Shown here: positions 17,770 to 27,733 of the stretch, one piece after another | Numbering within the stretch: the first letter of the stretch is position 1 | How the letters are laid out: every line of letters starts with the position of its first letter | Source of the DNA: an uncultured delta proteobacterium | GTDB lineage: Bacteria; Myxococcota_A; Polyangia; Polyangiales; JAFGIB01 | DNA length: 64,000 nt | Reading direction: 5' to 3' | Assembly (NCBI GenBank): GCA_963778655.1 | Contig: CAVZVA010000009.1 | Span: 352,001 to 416,000, forward strand | The notes under the pieces: model-generated | Databases searched by the model: none | What the model was told of the DNA's origin: nothing | What the model saw: the letters and a program-made list of their open reading frames with translations, nothing else | Position numbers and translations under genes: made by a program

Positions 17770-19599
17770 ATGGGCGTCCTCTTTCACCCTCGGCGCATGC
17801 GTTCCCGTGGCCAAGATCCGTCCCGCGGCGTTCCGGCCGAGCACCGCGCGCCGCTGCTCGCGATCCTGCGTGAGCTCGAGCCGCTGCTGCGTGCGCGCGA
17901 GGCCGGCGGAACGCCGTTGCCGAGCGCGACGCTGGAGCGCGTGCTGCGTCGCCACCCCCGGCAGGGACGCGGCTTGTTCGCGCGCGGAGAGCTGATCGCG
18001 GGCTTTCGCGCATTCGGCGCCGAGGCCGGGCTGCAGCTGGATGAGCGGGTGTTCATGGAGGCCGTGCGCATGCGCCCGGTGCGCACGCAGAGCGGTGTCA
18101 CGCCGGTGACGGTCCTGACCAAGCCGTTTCCGTGCCCTGGCCGCTGCGTCTTCTGTCCCAACGACCTGCGCATGCCCAAGAGCTACCTGGCGCGCGAGCC
18201 GGGCGCCCAGCGCGCCGAGCACAATCGCTTCGATCCCTACCTGCAGGCGTACAACCGCCTGCGGGCGTTCGCCGCGATCGGCCATCCGCTCGACAAGGCC
18301 GAGTTGATCGTGCTCGGCGGCACCTTCTCGTTCTATCCGGAGAGCTACCAGCGCTGGTTCGTCAAACGCTGTTTCGACGCCATCAACGATCTCGGCCGTG
18401 GTGTGGATCGCCGCGCGCAGGCCGCCGCCGCATACGCGCCGCAGCAGCCCGGCGAGCCGCTCGCCCCGCTCGACGGCCGCGAGCGCAGCGCGCGCTACAA
18501 CCGCGAGCTGTCGCGCATGCTTCACGCTCGCCACGGTCGCACGCTCGCGGCTGCGTTCGAGCACGCCAGCTGGCAGCAGCTCGAGCAGGCGCAGCACGAC
18601 AACGAGCACGGCCGGCTGCGTAACGTCGGCCTGTCGGTGGAGACGCGTCCCGACCGTGTGGACGAGGCCGAGTTGCAACGGTTGCGCAGGCTCGGGGTCA
18701 CCAAGGTGCAGCTCGGCTACCAGAGCCTCGATGACCGCGTGCTGGCGCTGAACCAGCGCGGTCACGAGGTCGCCGCCGCTCGCCGGGCCACGCGCCTGTT
18801 GCGCGCGGCCGGCTTCAAGATCCAGGCCCATCTGATGCCGAATCTGCTCGGCTCGAGCCCGGAGCAGGACGTGGCGGACTTCCGCCGTGCGTTCGAGGAT
18901 CCCGATTTCCGGCCCGACGAGCTGAAGCTCTACCCCTGCAGCCTGATCGAAAGCGCCGAGCTGATGCAGCACTACCAGAGCGGACGCTTTCGCCCTTATA
19001 CCCAAGCCGAGCTGCTCTACGTGCTGAGGCACGCGCTGGCCGCGACGCCGCGCTACTGCAGGCTGAGCCGGGTGGTGCGCGACATCTCGTCCGAGGACAT
19101 CGTGGCGGGCAACCGCCTGGCCAATTTTCGCGAGCTGGCCGAGCGCGAGCTGCAACGGCGCGGCGAGCGCTGCCAGGACATCCGCAGCCGCGAGATCAAG
19201 CACGACCGCTTCGATCCGGCGGAGCTGCGCCTTGTGGTGACTTGCTACGCCAGCGCGATCGGGCAGGAGCAATTCATCGAGCTGGTGACGCCTCAGGACC
19301 GGCTGGTCGCGTTCGTGCGGCTATCGCTGCCCCACACGGAATCGTTCGTGGCCGAGCTCGGGCGCAGCGCCGTGATCCGCGAGCTGCACGTGTACGGCGC
19401 GTCGCTGCCACTGGGGCTGCGCGACACGAGCAGGGCTCAGCACCGCGGCCTGGGACGCCGCCTGGTCGAGCAGGCGGCCACCCGCGCTCGCGCCGCCGGC
19501 CACCACGCGCTCGCGGTGATCTCCGCCGTCGGCACCCGCGCCTATTACCGGAGCCTGGGCTTCCAGGACGGCCCGCTGTACCAGCACCTGCCGCTCTAA
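17770..19599 (+). CDS. elp3: Elp3 family tRNA U34 carboxymethyl modification enzyme (radical SAM + GNAT)
   Basis: RTQSGVTPVTVLTKPFPCPGRCVFCP, MPKSY, VLGGTF, ETRPD, HLMPNL, LKLYP, IRELHVYG, QHRGLG. Confidence 0.92.
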   Translation: MGVLFHPRRMRSRGQDPSRGVPAEHRAPLLAILRELEPLLRAREAGGTPLPSATLERVLRRHPRQGRGLFARGELIAGFRAFGAEAGLQLDERVFMEAVRMRPVRTQSGVTPVTVLTKPFPCPGRCVFCPNDLRMPKSYLAREPGAQRAEHNRFDPYLQAYNRLRAFAAIGHPLDKAELIVLGGTFSFYPESYQRWFVKRCFDAINDLGRGVDRRAQAAAAYAPQQPGEPLAPLDGRERSARYNRELSRMLHARHGRTLAAAFEHASWQQLEQAQHDNEHGRLRNVGLSVETRPDRVDEAELQRLRRLGVTKVQLGYQSLDDRVLALNQRGHEVAAARRATRLLRAAGFKIQAHLMPNLLGSSPEQDVADFRRAFEDPDFRPDELKLYPCSLIESAELMQHYQSGRFRPYTQAELLYVLRHALAATPRYCRLSRVVRDISSEDIVAGNRLANFRELAERELQRRGERCQDIRSREIKHDRFDPAELRLVVTCYASAIGQEQFIELVTPQDRLVAFVRLSLPHTESFVAELGRSAVIRELHVYGASLPLGLRDTSRAQHRGLGRRLVEQAATRARAAGHHALAVISAVGTRAYYRSLGFQDGPLYQHLPL

Positions 19600-19631
19600 G
19601 TGAGCCTCCGCGATCGCGGGCTGCGCTGTCC

Positions 19632-19949
19632 TCAGCGGCTTCGTAGATCCGGCTCGTAGGTGCATTGGGTGCCGGTGCGTATGCTGGCGGCCAGATGCTC
19701 GCCCAGGCGAGCGGAGGCCGCGCGCACCTGATCGATCGCGTGCGCAATGCGGCGCTGGACATTGCTGCGCGCTCGCTCGCTGGCCGCGCCCGCCTTGCGC
19801 TCGCGCCCGCCCCGGCCGAACGCGCGCTCGAGCTCGGCCTGAAGCGCCTCGATCTCGGCGCCGGTGCGCTCGAGGCGACCCAGGTCGCCGTCGTGCTCAG
19901 CCTGCTCGCGCAGCGCCTCGAGCTCGGCGAGCCGCGGGAACGCGCTCAC
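19632..19949 (-). CDS. Stand-alone C-terminal domain typical of large AAA-ATPase transcriptional regulators (possible remnant)
   Basis: DLGR...GRGGRERK...ERARSNVQRRI...LGEHLAASIRTGTQCTYEP pattern. Confidence 0.6.
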   Translation of the reverse strand: MSAFPRLAELEALREQAEHDGDLGRLERTGAEIEALQAELERAFGRGGRERKAGAASERARSNVQRRIAHAIDQVRAASARLGEHLAASIRTGTQCTYEPDLRSR

Positions 19950-21430
19950 TTTCCGCCGGCGCCCGAGATGGTCCTGGCGAGCTGGCCGACCGCGCTGCGG
20001 GCGCCGCCGATGAACACCATCAGCATGGTCTCGCGCACGTCGGTGGCGCGATAGCGGGCGGGGGCCTCGAAGTCGGCGCTGCGCTGCAGGGCGAGGCCGC
20101 GGCCCGCGCCGACCACCGCGGTCGTGCCGATCGCCAGGTCGTAGCCGGCGGTGCGCAGGCCGAAGCTGATCGCCACGCCAACCGTGTCGATGTGATCGGC
20201 GGCGTACACGTCGGTCATGCTCAGCACCGCCGGCGCCGCGCTGCGCTCGAAGAACAGGCCGCCGCGGATCGGGAATAGCTTTGCGACCGTGGTCTGAAAG
20301 CCGAGCGCGCCGCGCAGCGCCGCGCGGCGGTAGCTCTCCGCGGGCACGAATGCACCCAGCTGCACCTGCTTGCTCGCGACCAGCGGCAGCGGATCCTGCG
20401 GGTCACCCGCCGGACCGAACAGCGAGAGGTCGAGCGAGATCAGGCTCTCCTTCGGTCCCAGCCATGCAAGCCCCATCCGCAGCTCCCACGGCATGGGCAG
20501 CCGCACGCGCAGCCCCTCCGCACGCTCCAGCGTGATCTGCGTCGGGTCTGGTCCCACGCGGGTGGCGAACGACTCGGCGCGGGCCGTGCCCCCGAGTCGC
20601 AAGCCCGGCAGCTGCAGCATCACGCCCGCGCGCAACGCCGGAGCGAGGTCGATCAAGGTACCGAGCCGCAGCACACCGTGCTGGCCGCCGGCGGAGAGCG
20701 TGGTGCTGCCGCTGAGGGTCGAGCCCACGCTCGAGCCCTGCGGGCCGTTCTGCCGCGCGCGCAGCTCCACCTCGTCGTGCTCGATCGAGCGCAGCGCGAC
20801 GAACGTGCTCAAGCCGAGCTCGACCCCTGGCCGCACCCGATAGGCGTACGACAGGCCCAGCCAGCGCGCCTGGTCGTGGTGCCGCACTTCCAAGCGGTCG
20901 GCCGCGCTGCCGCCGCCGAGCTGCGCCACGTAGCCGCGCTCGTCGTTGTAGGGCGTGAAGTACGCGGCGCCGAGCGCGTGCGGGCGCACGCCGTCAGCCT
21001 GGCGTGGCCCCAGCTTGACCACGCCGGCCAGAAACAGCGGCAGCGATAGCGGGGACGACTGGCCGAGCTCCGCGCTGCCGAGATCGCTGCGATAGCCGTC
21101 GCGGATGCGGTGCGAGCCGCGCACCAGCGCCCACAAGCTGCCCGCGGCCGCGCTCGTGCTCAGGCTCGCGGTGCCTGCCGGATTGTGGAAGATGGCGGAG
21201 GTGTCGTCGGCGACCGCCACGAACGCGCCGGCCAGGCCGAGCGAGCGCTCGCCGACCAGGTAGCTCGAGTAGGGGCCCTCCTGGGCGCGCGCCGGGCACG
21301 CCGTTCCGGCCGTCGCGAGCGCTGCGAGCGCAACGGCGAGCGCGATGGCCGCGCGCGCTCGCGCTGCGTCGCGTGGAGCACGCCCGGCGGCCGGCGTGCG
21401 GCCGGCGCACGGGTGGGTCGCGCCGCTCAC
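19946..21430 (-). CDS. FadL/OmpP1-like outer-membrane beta-barrel protein
   Basis: Signal peptide; hatch motif GERSLGLAGAFVAVADDTSAIFHNPAG; GTG start overlaps the ROK stop. Confidence 0.75.
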   Translation of the reverse strand: MSGATHPCAGRTPAAGRAPRDAARARAAIALAVALAALATAGTACPARAQEGPYSSYLVGERSLGLAGAFVAVADDTSAIFHNPAGTASLSTSAAAGSLWALVRGSHRIRDGYRSDLGSAELGQSSPLSLPLFLAGVVKLGPRQADGVRPHALGAAYFTPYNDERGYVAQLGGGSAADRLEVRHHDQARWLGLSYAYRVRPGVELGLSTFVALRSIEHDEVELRARQNGPQGSSVGSTLSGSTTLSAGGQHGVLRLGTLIDLAPALRAGVMLQLPGLRLGGTARAESFATRVGPDPTQITLERAEGLRVRLPMPWELRMGLAWLGPKESLISLDLSLFGPAGDPQDPLPLVASKQVQLGAFVPAESYRRAALRGALGFQTTVAKLFPIRGGLFFERSAAPAVLSMTDVYAADHIDTVGVAISFGLRTAGYDLAIGTTAVVGAGRGLALQRSADFEAPARYRATDVRETMLMVFIGGARSAVGQLARTISGAGGK

Positions 21431-22344
21431 GCCGCCGGCCCGCGCGGCCACAACCATGCCGCGCCGCGCACGCCGCTGGAGTCGCCGTGCAGCGCGCGCG
21501 CGATCGGCAGCTCGACCCGATCGGAGAACACGTAGCCGCCGAGCCGCGCGGGTAGCTCGGCGTACAGCGCATCGATCTGCGACAGCCCGCCGCCGATCAC
21601 GATCGCGTCCGGGTCGAGCAAGTTGATCACGCAAGCGAGCGCGCGCGCCAGCCGGTCCGCGTAACGCTGCAGCGCCTGGCTTGCCAGCGGTTCGCCCGCG
21701 CTTGCCGCGCGCGCGATCTCGAGCGCGGAGCCCGCCTGCCCGCCGGCCTGCTGGTAGTCGCGCTGCAGGCCCGGTCCACTCAGGAAGGTCTCGCTGCAGC
21801 CGCGCTTGCCGCAGTAGCAGGCTGGCCCCGGGAGCTCGCCGGCCGCCGGCCACGGCAGCGGGTTGTGTCCCCACTCGCCTGCGATTGCGTGCCGTCCCGC
21901 CCACACCCGCTTGTCCACCACCACGCCGCCTCCGACCCCGGTTCCGAGAATCACCCCGAACACCACACGTGCCTCGCGCGCGGCGCCGTCCACCGCCTCC
22001 GACAGCGCGAAGCAATTGGCGTCGTTGGCGATGCGCACCTCGCGCTCGAGCACGCGGCTCAGGTCGCGATCGAGCGGGCGCCCGTTGAGGCAGACGGTGT
22101 TCGAATTGCGCAGCAGCCCGCTCGCGGGCGACAGCGCGCCCGGCGTTCCCACGCCCACGCTCGCCCGCGCGCCCAGCTGCTGCTCGGCCTCGCGCACCAG
22201 CTCGCCGATCGCATGCAGGATCGCCTGATAGTCATGTGCTGGCGTCGGCACGCGCCTGCGCTGCAGCTCGACCCCGCGCTCGTCGATCGCGAGCAGCTCG
22301 ATCTTGCTGCCTCCGAGGTCGACTCCTATGCGGACGGCGGTCAT
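21427..22344 (-). CDS. ROK family sugar kinase (fructokinase Mak-like)
   Basis: IGVDLGGSK, ANDANC, ILGTGVGGG, AGEWGH, CYCGKRGCSE. Confidence 0.92.
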   Translation of the reverse strand: MTAVRIGVDLGGSKIELLAIDERGVELQRRRVPTPAHDYQAILHAIGELVREAEQQLGARASVGVGTPGALSPASGLLRNSNTVCLNGRPLDRDLSRVLEREVRIANDANCFALSEAVDGAAREARVVFGVILGTGVGGGVVVDKRVWAGRHAIAGEWGHNPLPWPAAGELPGPACYCGKRGCSETFLSGPGLQRDYQQAGGQAGSALEIARAASAGEPLASQALQRYADRLARALACVINLLDPDAIVIGGGLSQIDALYAELPARLGGYVFSDRVELPIARALHGDSSGVRGAAWLWPRGPAA

Positions 22345-22377
22345 GGCACACACATCGGGCGGGTCCGGCGGCCAGCC

Positions 22378-22815
22378 TCAGCCCCCGTCCATGTCGCGTC
22401 CCGTCCCGGCGTCGCGAGCACCGGGCTGCCCCGCGTCGTGCTGCCCGCCGCTGCCCTGGCACGCGCAGTCGAAGGTGCCGTCGCTCAGGCACTTCGTCAT
22501 GCGCCCGACGCTCTCGCCGGGACACTTGTCGCACAGCACGTCCTGGCCTTCGACGCACTTCTGCGCCGGTTGCGCGGGCGGGCAAGTGCACGGCGACCAG
22601 ATCAGGTCGGGGCCGCACCTGCGATAGCCGGGGAGCTGCTCCGCGGAGCACAGGCAGCCGGTGAGCGACTGGCCGGCCTGCTGACAGGGCTGGCCGGCGT
22701 CGGCGCCGAGCGGCTCGACCTTGCTGTGTGCGCAACCCGGTGCGACCACCGCCGCAGCCAGGCCGAGAATAAGCGCGAGACCGCGCAGCTTGAGGGGCGG
22801 CGGGTTGCCCAGCAT
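22378..22815 (-). CDS. Small Cys-rich lipoprotein
   Basis: Lipobox-like APGC; about 10 Cys; DAG-rich tail. Confidence 0.65.
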   Translation of the reverse strand: MLGNPPPLKLRGLALILGLAAAVVAPGCAHSKVEPLGADAGQPCQQAGQSLTGCLCSAEQLPGYRRCGPDLIWSPCTCPPAQPAQKCVEGQDVLCDKCPGESVGRMTKCLSDGTFDCACQGSGGQHDAGQPGARDAGTGRDMDGG

Positions 22816-23034
22816 CTTCTGCTCCTGCAAACCGCCGGGAGGCGGTAGCTGATGAAGATATCACGCCACGCCGGGGCTCGCGTGGCAGGATGCGTCCCGG
22901 GGCGGCCTGGAGGGCGGCGGCGTGCCGCGCCGAATCTCCGCACTTTCCCGGCATCCGTCGGGTGTTCATGGCGAGGGCTTGAAATGGGCGGGCCTCGGCT
23001 GCTATCCGACTTCCCCACACTTGCGGAGGACAAG

Positions 23035-24117
23035 ATGAAGGCCGTCGTCGCCCACGAGCTCAATCGGATCGCGGTGGAGGATGTCGCGCTGGAGCCGCCC
23101 AAGGCGCACGAGGTGCAGGTCAAGATGGCGGCCGCCGGGGTGTGCCACTCCGACCTGTCGGTCATCAACGGCACGATTCCGCAGCCGCTCCCGATCGTGC
23201 TGGGCCACGAAGGCGCGGGCGTGGTGGAAGCGGTGGGTGAGGGCGTGACCCACTGCAAGCCCGGCGATCACGTGGTGATGTCGTTCGTGCCCAACTGCGG
23301 GCGCTGCTTCCACTGCGTGCGCGGCGAGGCCTTCCTGTGCCGCGCGCTGCCGCGCGGCGCCACCATGCTCGACGGCACCAGCCGGCTCAAGCTGGGCGAC
23401 AAGTCGCTCGCCGCGTTCTGCTCCCTCGGCAACATGGCCGAGCACGTGGTCTGCCCGGCCATCAGCGTGGTGCCGATCTCCAAGGAGATTCCGCTCAAGG
23501 TCGCGGCGCTGATCGGCTGCGGCGTCACCACCGGCGTGGGCGCGGCGATCAACACCGCCAAGGTCGAGCCGGGCTCCACCGTCGCGGTGTTCGGCTGCGG
23601 CGGCGTGGGCATCGCCACCATCCAGGGCGCGCGCATCGCGGGCGCGTCGCGCATCTTCGCGGTCGACGTCGCCGACGAGAAGCTCGAGCTGGCCAAGCGC
23701 TTCGGCGCGACCGACGCGGTGCGCGCGGACGGAGCGCAAAAGGCGATCATGGAGCAGACCAAGGGCATCGGCGTCGACTACGCCTTCGAGGTCATCGGCA
23801 AGGCGGCGGTGGTCGAGACCGCGATGAACGTGACGCGCCGCGGCGGCACCACCGTCGCGGTGGGTGTGGGCAAGCTGGCCGAGAGCATCAAGCTCAACGC
23901 TCTGGTGTTTCCGCTCTCGGGTAAGAAGCTGTGTGGATGTATGTTCGGCAGCGCCAATCCCTTGCACGACTTCCCGAAGCTGCTCGACCTCTATCGCGGT
24001 GGAATGCTCGACCTCGAGGGAATGGTTACCCAGACCTACACCATCGACCAAGCGCCCAAGGCGTTCGAGGACTTGGAGAAGGGCGTCAACGCGCGCGGCG
24101 TGATCATCTTCTCCTGA
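23035..24117 (+). CDS. Zn-dependent alcohol dehydrogenase (class III-like)
   Basis: CHSD, GHEGAG, CGRCFHC...C, GCGGVG; GGAGG RBS. Confidence 0.95.
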   Translation: MKAVVAHELNRIAVEDVALEPPKAHEVQVKMAAAGVCHSDLSVINGTIPQPLPIVLGHEGAGVVEAVGEGVTHCKPGDHVVMSFVPNCGRCFHCVRGEAFLCRALPRGATMLDGTSRLKLGDKSLAAFCSLGNMAEHVVCPAISVVPISKEIPLKVAALIGCGVTTGVGAAINTAKVEPGSTVAVFGCGGVGIATIQGARIAGASRIFAVDVADEKLELAKRFGATDAVRADGAQKAIMEQTKGIGVDYAFEVIGKAAVVETAMNVTRRGGTTVAVGVGKLAESIKLNALVFPLSGKKLCGCMFGSANPLHDFPKLLDLYRGGMLDLEGMVTQTYTIDQAPKAFEDLEKGVNARGVIIFS

Positions 24118-24165
24118 GTGACGGTTGCCATGGTGTTTGGCAGGCCTGCATAATTGCGGGCAGCC

Positions 24166-25953
24166 GTGGATTCGCAGCCGCCCCTACCCGTTACCGGGCC
24201 GTCCGCGAAGAGCTCGGGCCCGCCCGCCACCCTACCGCCCGATCCAGCGCGGCACCGCAAGCAGCTGCAGGCGATCATGGAGATCGCCTGGGCCGTGAGC
24301 TCGGCGCTCGACGTCGATGCCTTGTTGCCGCGCATCATCGACAAGGTCACCGACATCATCAAAGCCGATCGCTCGACCTTCTTCGTCGTCGACCGCGCCA
24401 AGGGCGAGCTGTGGTCGAAAGTCGCCCAGGGCGACAAGCCCACAGAGATCCGGTTGCGCCTGGGCGAGGGCATCGCCGGCTTCGTGGCGCAGAGCGGCGA
24501 GACAGTTAATCTCGCCGATGCCTATGACGACGAGCGCTTCGACCGCTCGTGGGACGAGCAGAGCGGCTATCGCACGCGCTCGCTGCTGTGCGTGCCCATC
24601 TACGATCGCACGCTCAGCGTGATCGCGGTCATCCAGTGCCTGAACAAGCACGGCAGGCGGCGCTTCGTCGAGGAGGACGAAGAGCTGCTGCGCTGCGTGT
24701 CGGGGCAGTGCGCGATCGCGCTCGAGAACGCCTTCCTCTACGAAGCACTGTTGCAGCGCAACCGCGCGCTGCAGGAGGCGGAGGCGAGCGTTCGCCGCGC
24801 CCATGCCGAGCTCGAGATCCTGTATGACCTGGAGCGGCAGATCTCCGAGGCTTCCGACGTGGACGCGCTGCTGGCGGAGATGCTGCAGCGCGTGTGCGCG
24901 CTGCTCAAGGTCGACGGTGCGGCGATCCTGCTGGTGGGCGAGGGCGGTGGCCGGCTGTTCGGCTTCGCGATGGGCGCCGCCGGGCCGTCGTTGCAGAAGC
25001 TGCAGGGGCAGGCCGCGCGCGCGCTGCTCGGCCACGTTCCGCTTCCGGTTCACCGCCTGCACGACCCGGGCGCGGCTCCGCCCGGCGTGCTGGTGCCGGT
25101 GTCGCCCGCGCTCGAGGTGCGCGAAACCTTCACCGCACCGCTGTCCGGGGCGCACACCGCCATCGGCATGCTCCAGCTGGTCAATCGCCAGGACCCGGGC
25201 GCGTCGGCGGAGTGGCTGCTGCGCATGGTCGCGCTGCTCGCCGGGCAGGTGGCCCGCGGCATCCTGGTCAAACGCGAGCGAGCCGAAAGCGAGCGCGCGG
25301 AGCGGCTGGCGCTGCTCGGCCACTCGGTGGGCGCGATCCTGCACGACATGCGCACACCGATGACGGCGGTCGGTGGCTACGCCGAGCTGATGGCCGGCGA
25401 GGACGACGCGACAGTGCGGGAGGACTATGTGGCGCGCATCGGGCGCGCGCTCGAGCACATGGAGACAATGACGCAGGAGGTGTTGGCCTTCGCGCGCGGC
25501 AAGCGCGAGGTGCTGATGCAGAAGGTGTACATGGACCGCTTCGTCGGCGCGGTTCGCGAAATGCTGCTGCCCGAAACCCAGCACTATGGCGTGAGCCTGG
25601 TGGTCAATGCCGAATACGACGGCGTGGCGCGCTTCGACGAGAGCAAGCTCAAACGCGTGCTGTTCAATCTCGCGCGCAACGCCTGCCAGGCCATGGGGGA
25701 GGGCGGCACCTTCACCTGGACGGTCCGGCGCGAGGCCGACCAGCTGGTGTTCGAGTGCGCGGACACCGGGCCCGGAATTCCAAAGGCGATGGAGGACAAG
25801 CTGTTCGAGTCCTTCGCCAGCCATGGCAAGCCCGACGGCACCGGCCTGGGCTTGGCGATGGCCAAGAAGATCATCGACGCCCACTGCGGCATGATCGAGT
25901 GCCGCTCGGAGCCGGGGCGCGGCGCTACCTTTCGCATCGAGCTGCCATGCTGA
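24166..25953 (+). CDS. Cytoplasmic GAF-GAF sensor histidine kinase
   Basis: Two GAF domains; HDMRTP, NLARNA, DTGPG, GTGLGL. Confidence 0.93.
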   Translation: MDSQPPLPVTGPSAKSSGPPATLPPDPARHRKQLQAIMEIAWAVSSALDVDALLPRIIDKVTDIIKADRSTFFVVDRAKGELWSKVAQGDKPTEIRLRLGEGIAGFVAQSGETVNLADAYDDERFDRSWDEQSGYRTRSLLCVPIYDRTLSVIAVIQCLNKHGRRRFVEEDEELLRCVSGQCAIALENAFLYEALLQRNRALQEAEASVRRAHAELEILYDLERQISEASDVDALLAEMLQRVCALLKVDGAAILLVGEGGGRLFGFAMGAAGPSLQKLQGQAARALLGHVPLPVHRLHDPGAAPPGVLVPVSPALEVRETFTAPLSGAHTAIGMLQLVNRQDPGASAEWLLRMVALLAGQVARGILVKRERAESERAERLALLGHSVGAILHDMRTPMTAVGGYAELMAGEDDATVREDYVARIGRALEHMETMTQEVLAFARGKREVLMQKVYMDRFVGAVREMLLPETQHYGVSLVVNAEYDGVARFDESKLKRVLFNLARNACQAMGEGGTFTWTVRREADQLVFECADTGPGIPKAMEDKLFESFASHGKPDGTGLGLAMAKKIIDAHCGMIECRSEPGRGATFRIELPC

Positions 25954-26152
25954 CCCCACCATCCCAGCGCCTGGGCGCGCGCTTCCGTCGTGGTCGATCT
26001 TTCAGCGACGCGTTTTTCAACCGGCCGCGCGTTCTCGCCCTCTATCGGAGAACGGGCTGGCTTGGCCCGCGCAGCGTCTCAGGCGCGTACCTGTACGGCG
26101 GCGTGTGCGACGGCCCACCCAGGCCAACGATGAAAGACGAAAGGGACGAGCG

Positions 26153-27733
26153 ATGGAACGAAACCCTCGAGCGACGGCGGGTGATGTGCTCGTGCTGGGC
26201 TTGGCGCTGGCTGCGCTGGGTCTAGCCGGCTGCTCGGACCACACGCACAAGGTTGCAGGGAAGGGCGGCTCGACGCTGGACGCCGGCGCGGACGAGGACG
26301 GCGGGGGAATCAACTCGGGAGGAGACGGGGGCAGCAGCGGCGGCGGGCACTCCGGGACCGGCGGTAGCCTCGCCGACGGCGGCTCCTCGCAGCTTGGCGA
26401 CGGCGGCAGTGGCGGCGACGGCTCGCTGCCGCCCGGCGCAAGCTGCGGGCGCTTCGGCGACTCGTGCGCGGCTTCAGGCGCATGTTGCTCCGGCCTGTGC
26501 GATCCCAACGGCAACACCTGCGTTTCGAGCTTGCAGAACTGCGCCGCGGCCGGCGATCCGTGCTCGGTTGCGACCGACTGCTGCAACTTGAGCTGCGGCA
26601 GCAACGGCACCTGCGGCTCGCAGACCTGCGCGTCAGATGGCAGCGCCTGCTCTGCAGACAGCGATTGCTGCGGCCAGTCGTGCGTCTCGGGGACGTGTCA
26701 GGCGCTCAACACCAGCTGCAAGACCGCGGGCAACGCCTGCAGCGACAACGCCGAGTGCTGCTCGACCTTGTGCCAGAACGGCCAGTGTCAGCTCGGCGCG
26801 TCGTTCTGCGTGCAGCAGGGTGACATCTGCGCGCGCGCGACCGACTGCTGCTCCGGCACCTGCAACATCGCGTCCGGCATGAGCGCTGGCACCTGCGGGC
26901 CTCCGCCCAGCGGGGCGTCATTCTGCAACGGTGGCGTGGAGGGCTCGGTGTGCGGCGCGTGCAACGATTGCTGCAGTCGCCTGTGCGCGCCCTACGCCGC
27001 CACCGGCGTCAACGTCTGCCAGCCCGCGAGCGGCTGCCACGTCACCGGCGACTTCTGCCGCAAGGACAGCGACTGCTGCGGCGCGGCCGGCACCGGCCTG
27101 CCCGGCGACGGGCACGCCTCGTGCGAGAAGGAGCCCGGCGCCGACCTCGGCATTTGCCGCAATCCGATGGCCTGTAACCCCCAGGGCAACGTCTGCCACT
27201 ACAAGAATTACATGTGCGACGTGTCTTCGGCGCGAGCCGATTGCTGCGGCGGTCTCGGCTCCAAGGGCGGCGTGTGCCGGCTGGACTCGCTCGGCGTTCC
27301 GCGCTGCAACGGCCTGGACGCCTGTGTCGATCCGGGCGGAACCTGCGCTTCGGCCGACGACTGCTGCGACCATCACCCCTGTGTGCCCGACGCTCAGGGC
27401 GCGCTGCACTGCTACGAGGTGCCGCCCGACGGTCCCAACTGCGTGCCCAGCGGCGGCAGCTGCACCATCACCGGCGACTGCTGCCCCGGCACGAGCTGCA
27501 TCCGGCCGCTCGGCTCGAGCAGCGGAACCTGCGGCGAGACGCCGCCGCCCGGAGGTGGCACCGGCGGCTCGGGTGGTAGCGGTGGCGGCGGTGCAGGCGG
27601 CAGCGGCGGTGGCGGCACCGGCGGCGGCGGCACGCCGAGCTGCTCCCAATACGGCCAGACCTGCTCGCAGACGAGCGATTGCTGCAATGGAGTGCCATGC
27701 GACCAAGGTATCTGCAGGGTTCCGATCGGATGA
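26153..27733 (+). CDS. Cys-rich lipoprotein with about 11 tandem C-C-CC-C-C repeats
   Basis: Lipobox LAGC; Gly-rich linkers; repeats such as CKTAGNACSDNAECCSTLCQNGQC. Confidence 0.85.
   Translation: MERNPRATAGDVLVLGLALAALGLAGCSDHTHKVAGKGGSTLDAGADEDGGGINSGGDGGSSGGGHSGTGGSLADGGSSQLGDGGSGGDGSLPPGASCGRFGDSCAASGACCSGLCDPNGNTCVSSLQNCAAAGDPCSVATDCCNLSCGSNGTCGSQTCASDGSACSADSDCCGQSCVSGTCQALNTSCKTAGNACSDNAECCSTLCQNGQCQLGASFCVQQGDICARATDCCSGTCNIASGMSAGTCGPPPSGASFCNGGVEGSVCGACNDCCSRLCAPYAATGVNVCQPASGCHVTGDFCRKDSDCCGAAGTGLPGDGHASCEKEPGADLGICRNPMACNPQGNVCHYKNYMCDVSSARADCCGGLGSKGGVCRLDSLGVPRCNGLDACVDPGGTCASADDCCDHHPCVPDAQGALHCYEVPPDGPNCVPSGGSCTITGDCCPGTSCIRPLGSSSGTCGETPPPGGGTGGSGGSGGGGAGGSGGGGTGGGGTPSCSQYGQTCSQTSDCCNGVPCDQGICRVPIG

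Noticed and set aside
17467..19272. 601-aa minus-strand ORF, and similar long overlapping ORFs throughout the window
   Set aside because: Stop-poor shadow frames typical of high-GC DNA; no motifs, and they lie opposite well-supported genes
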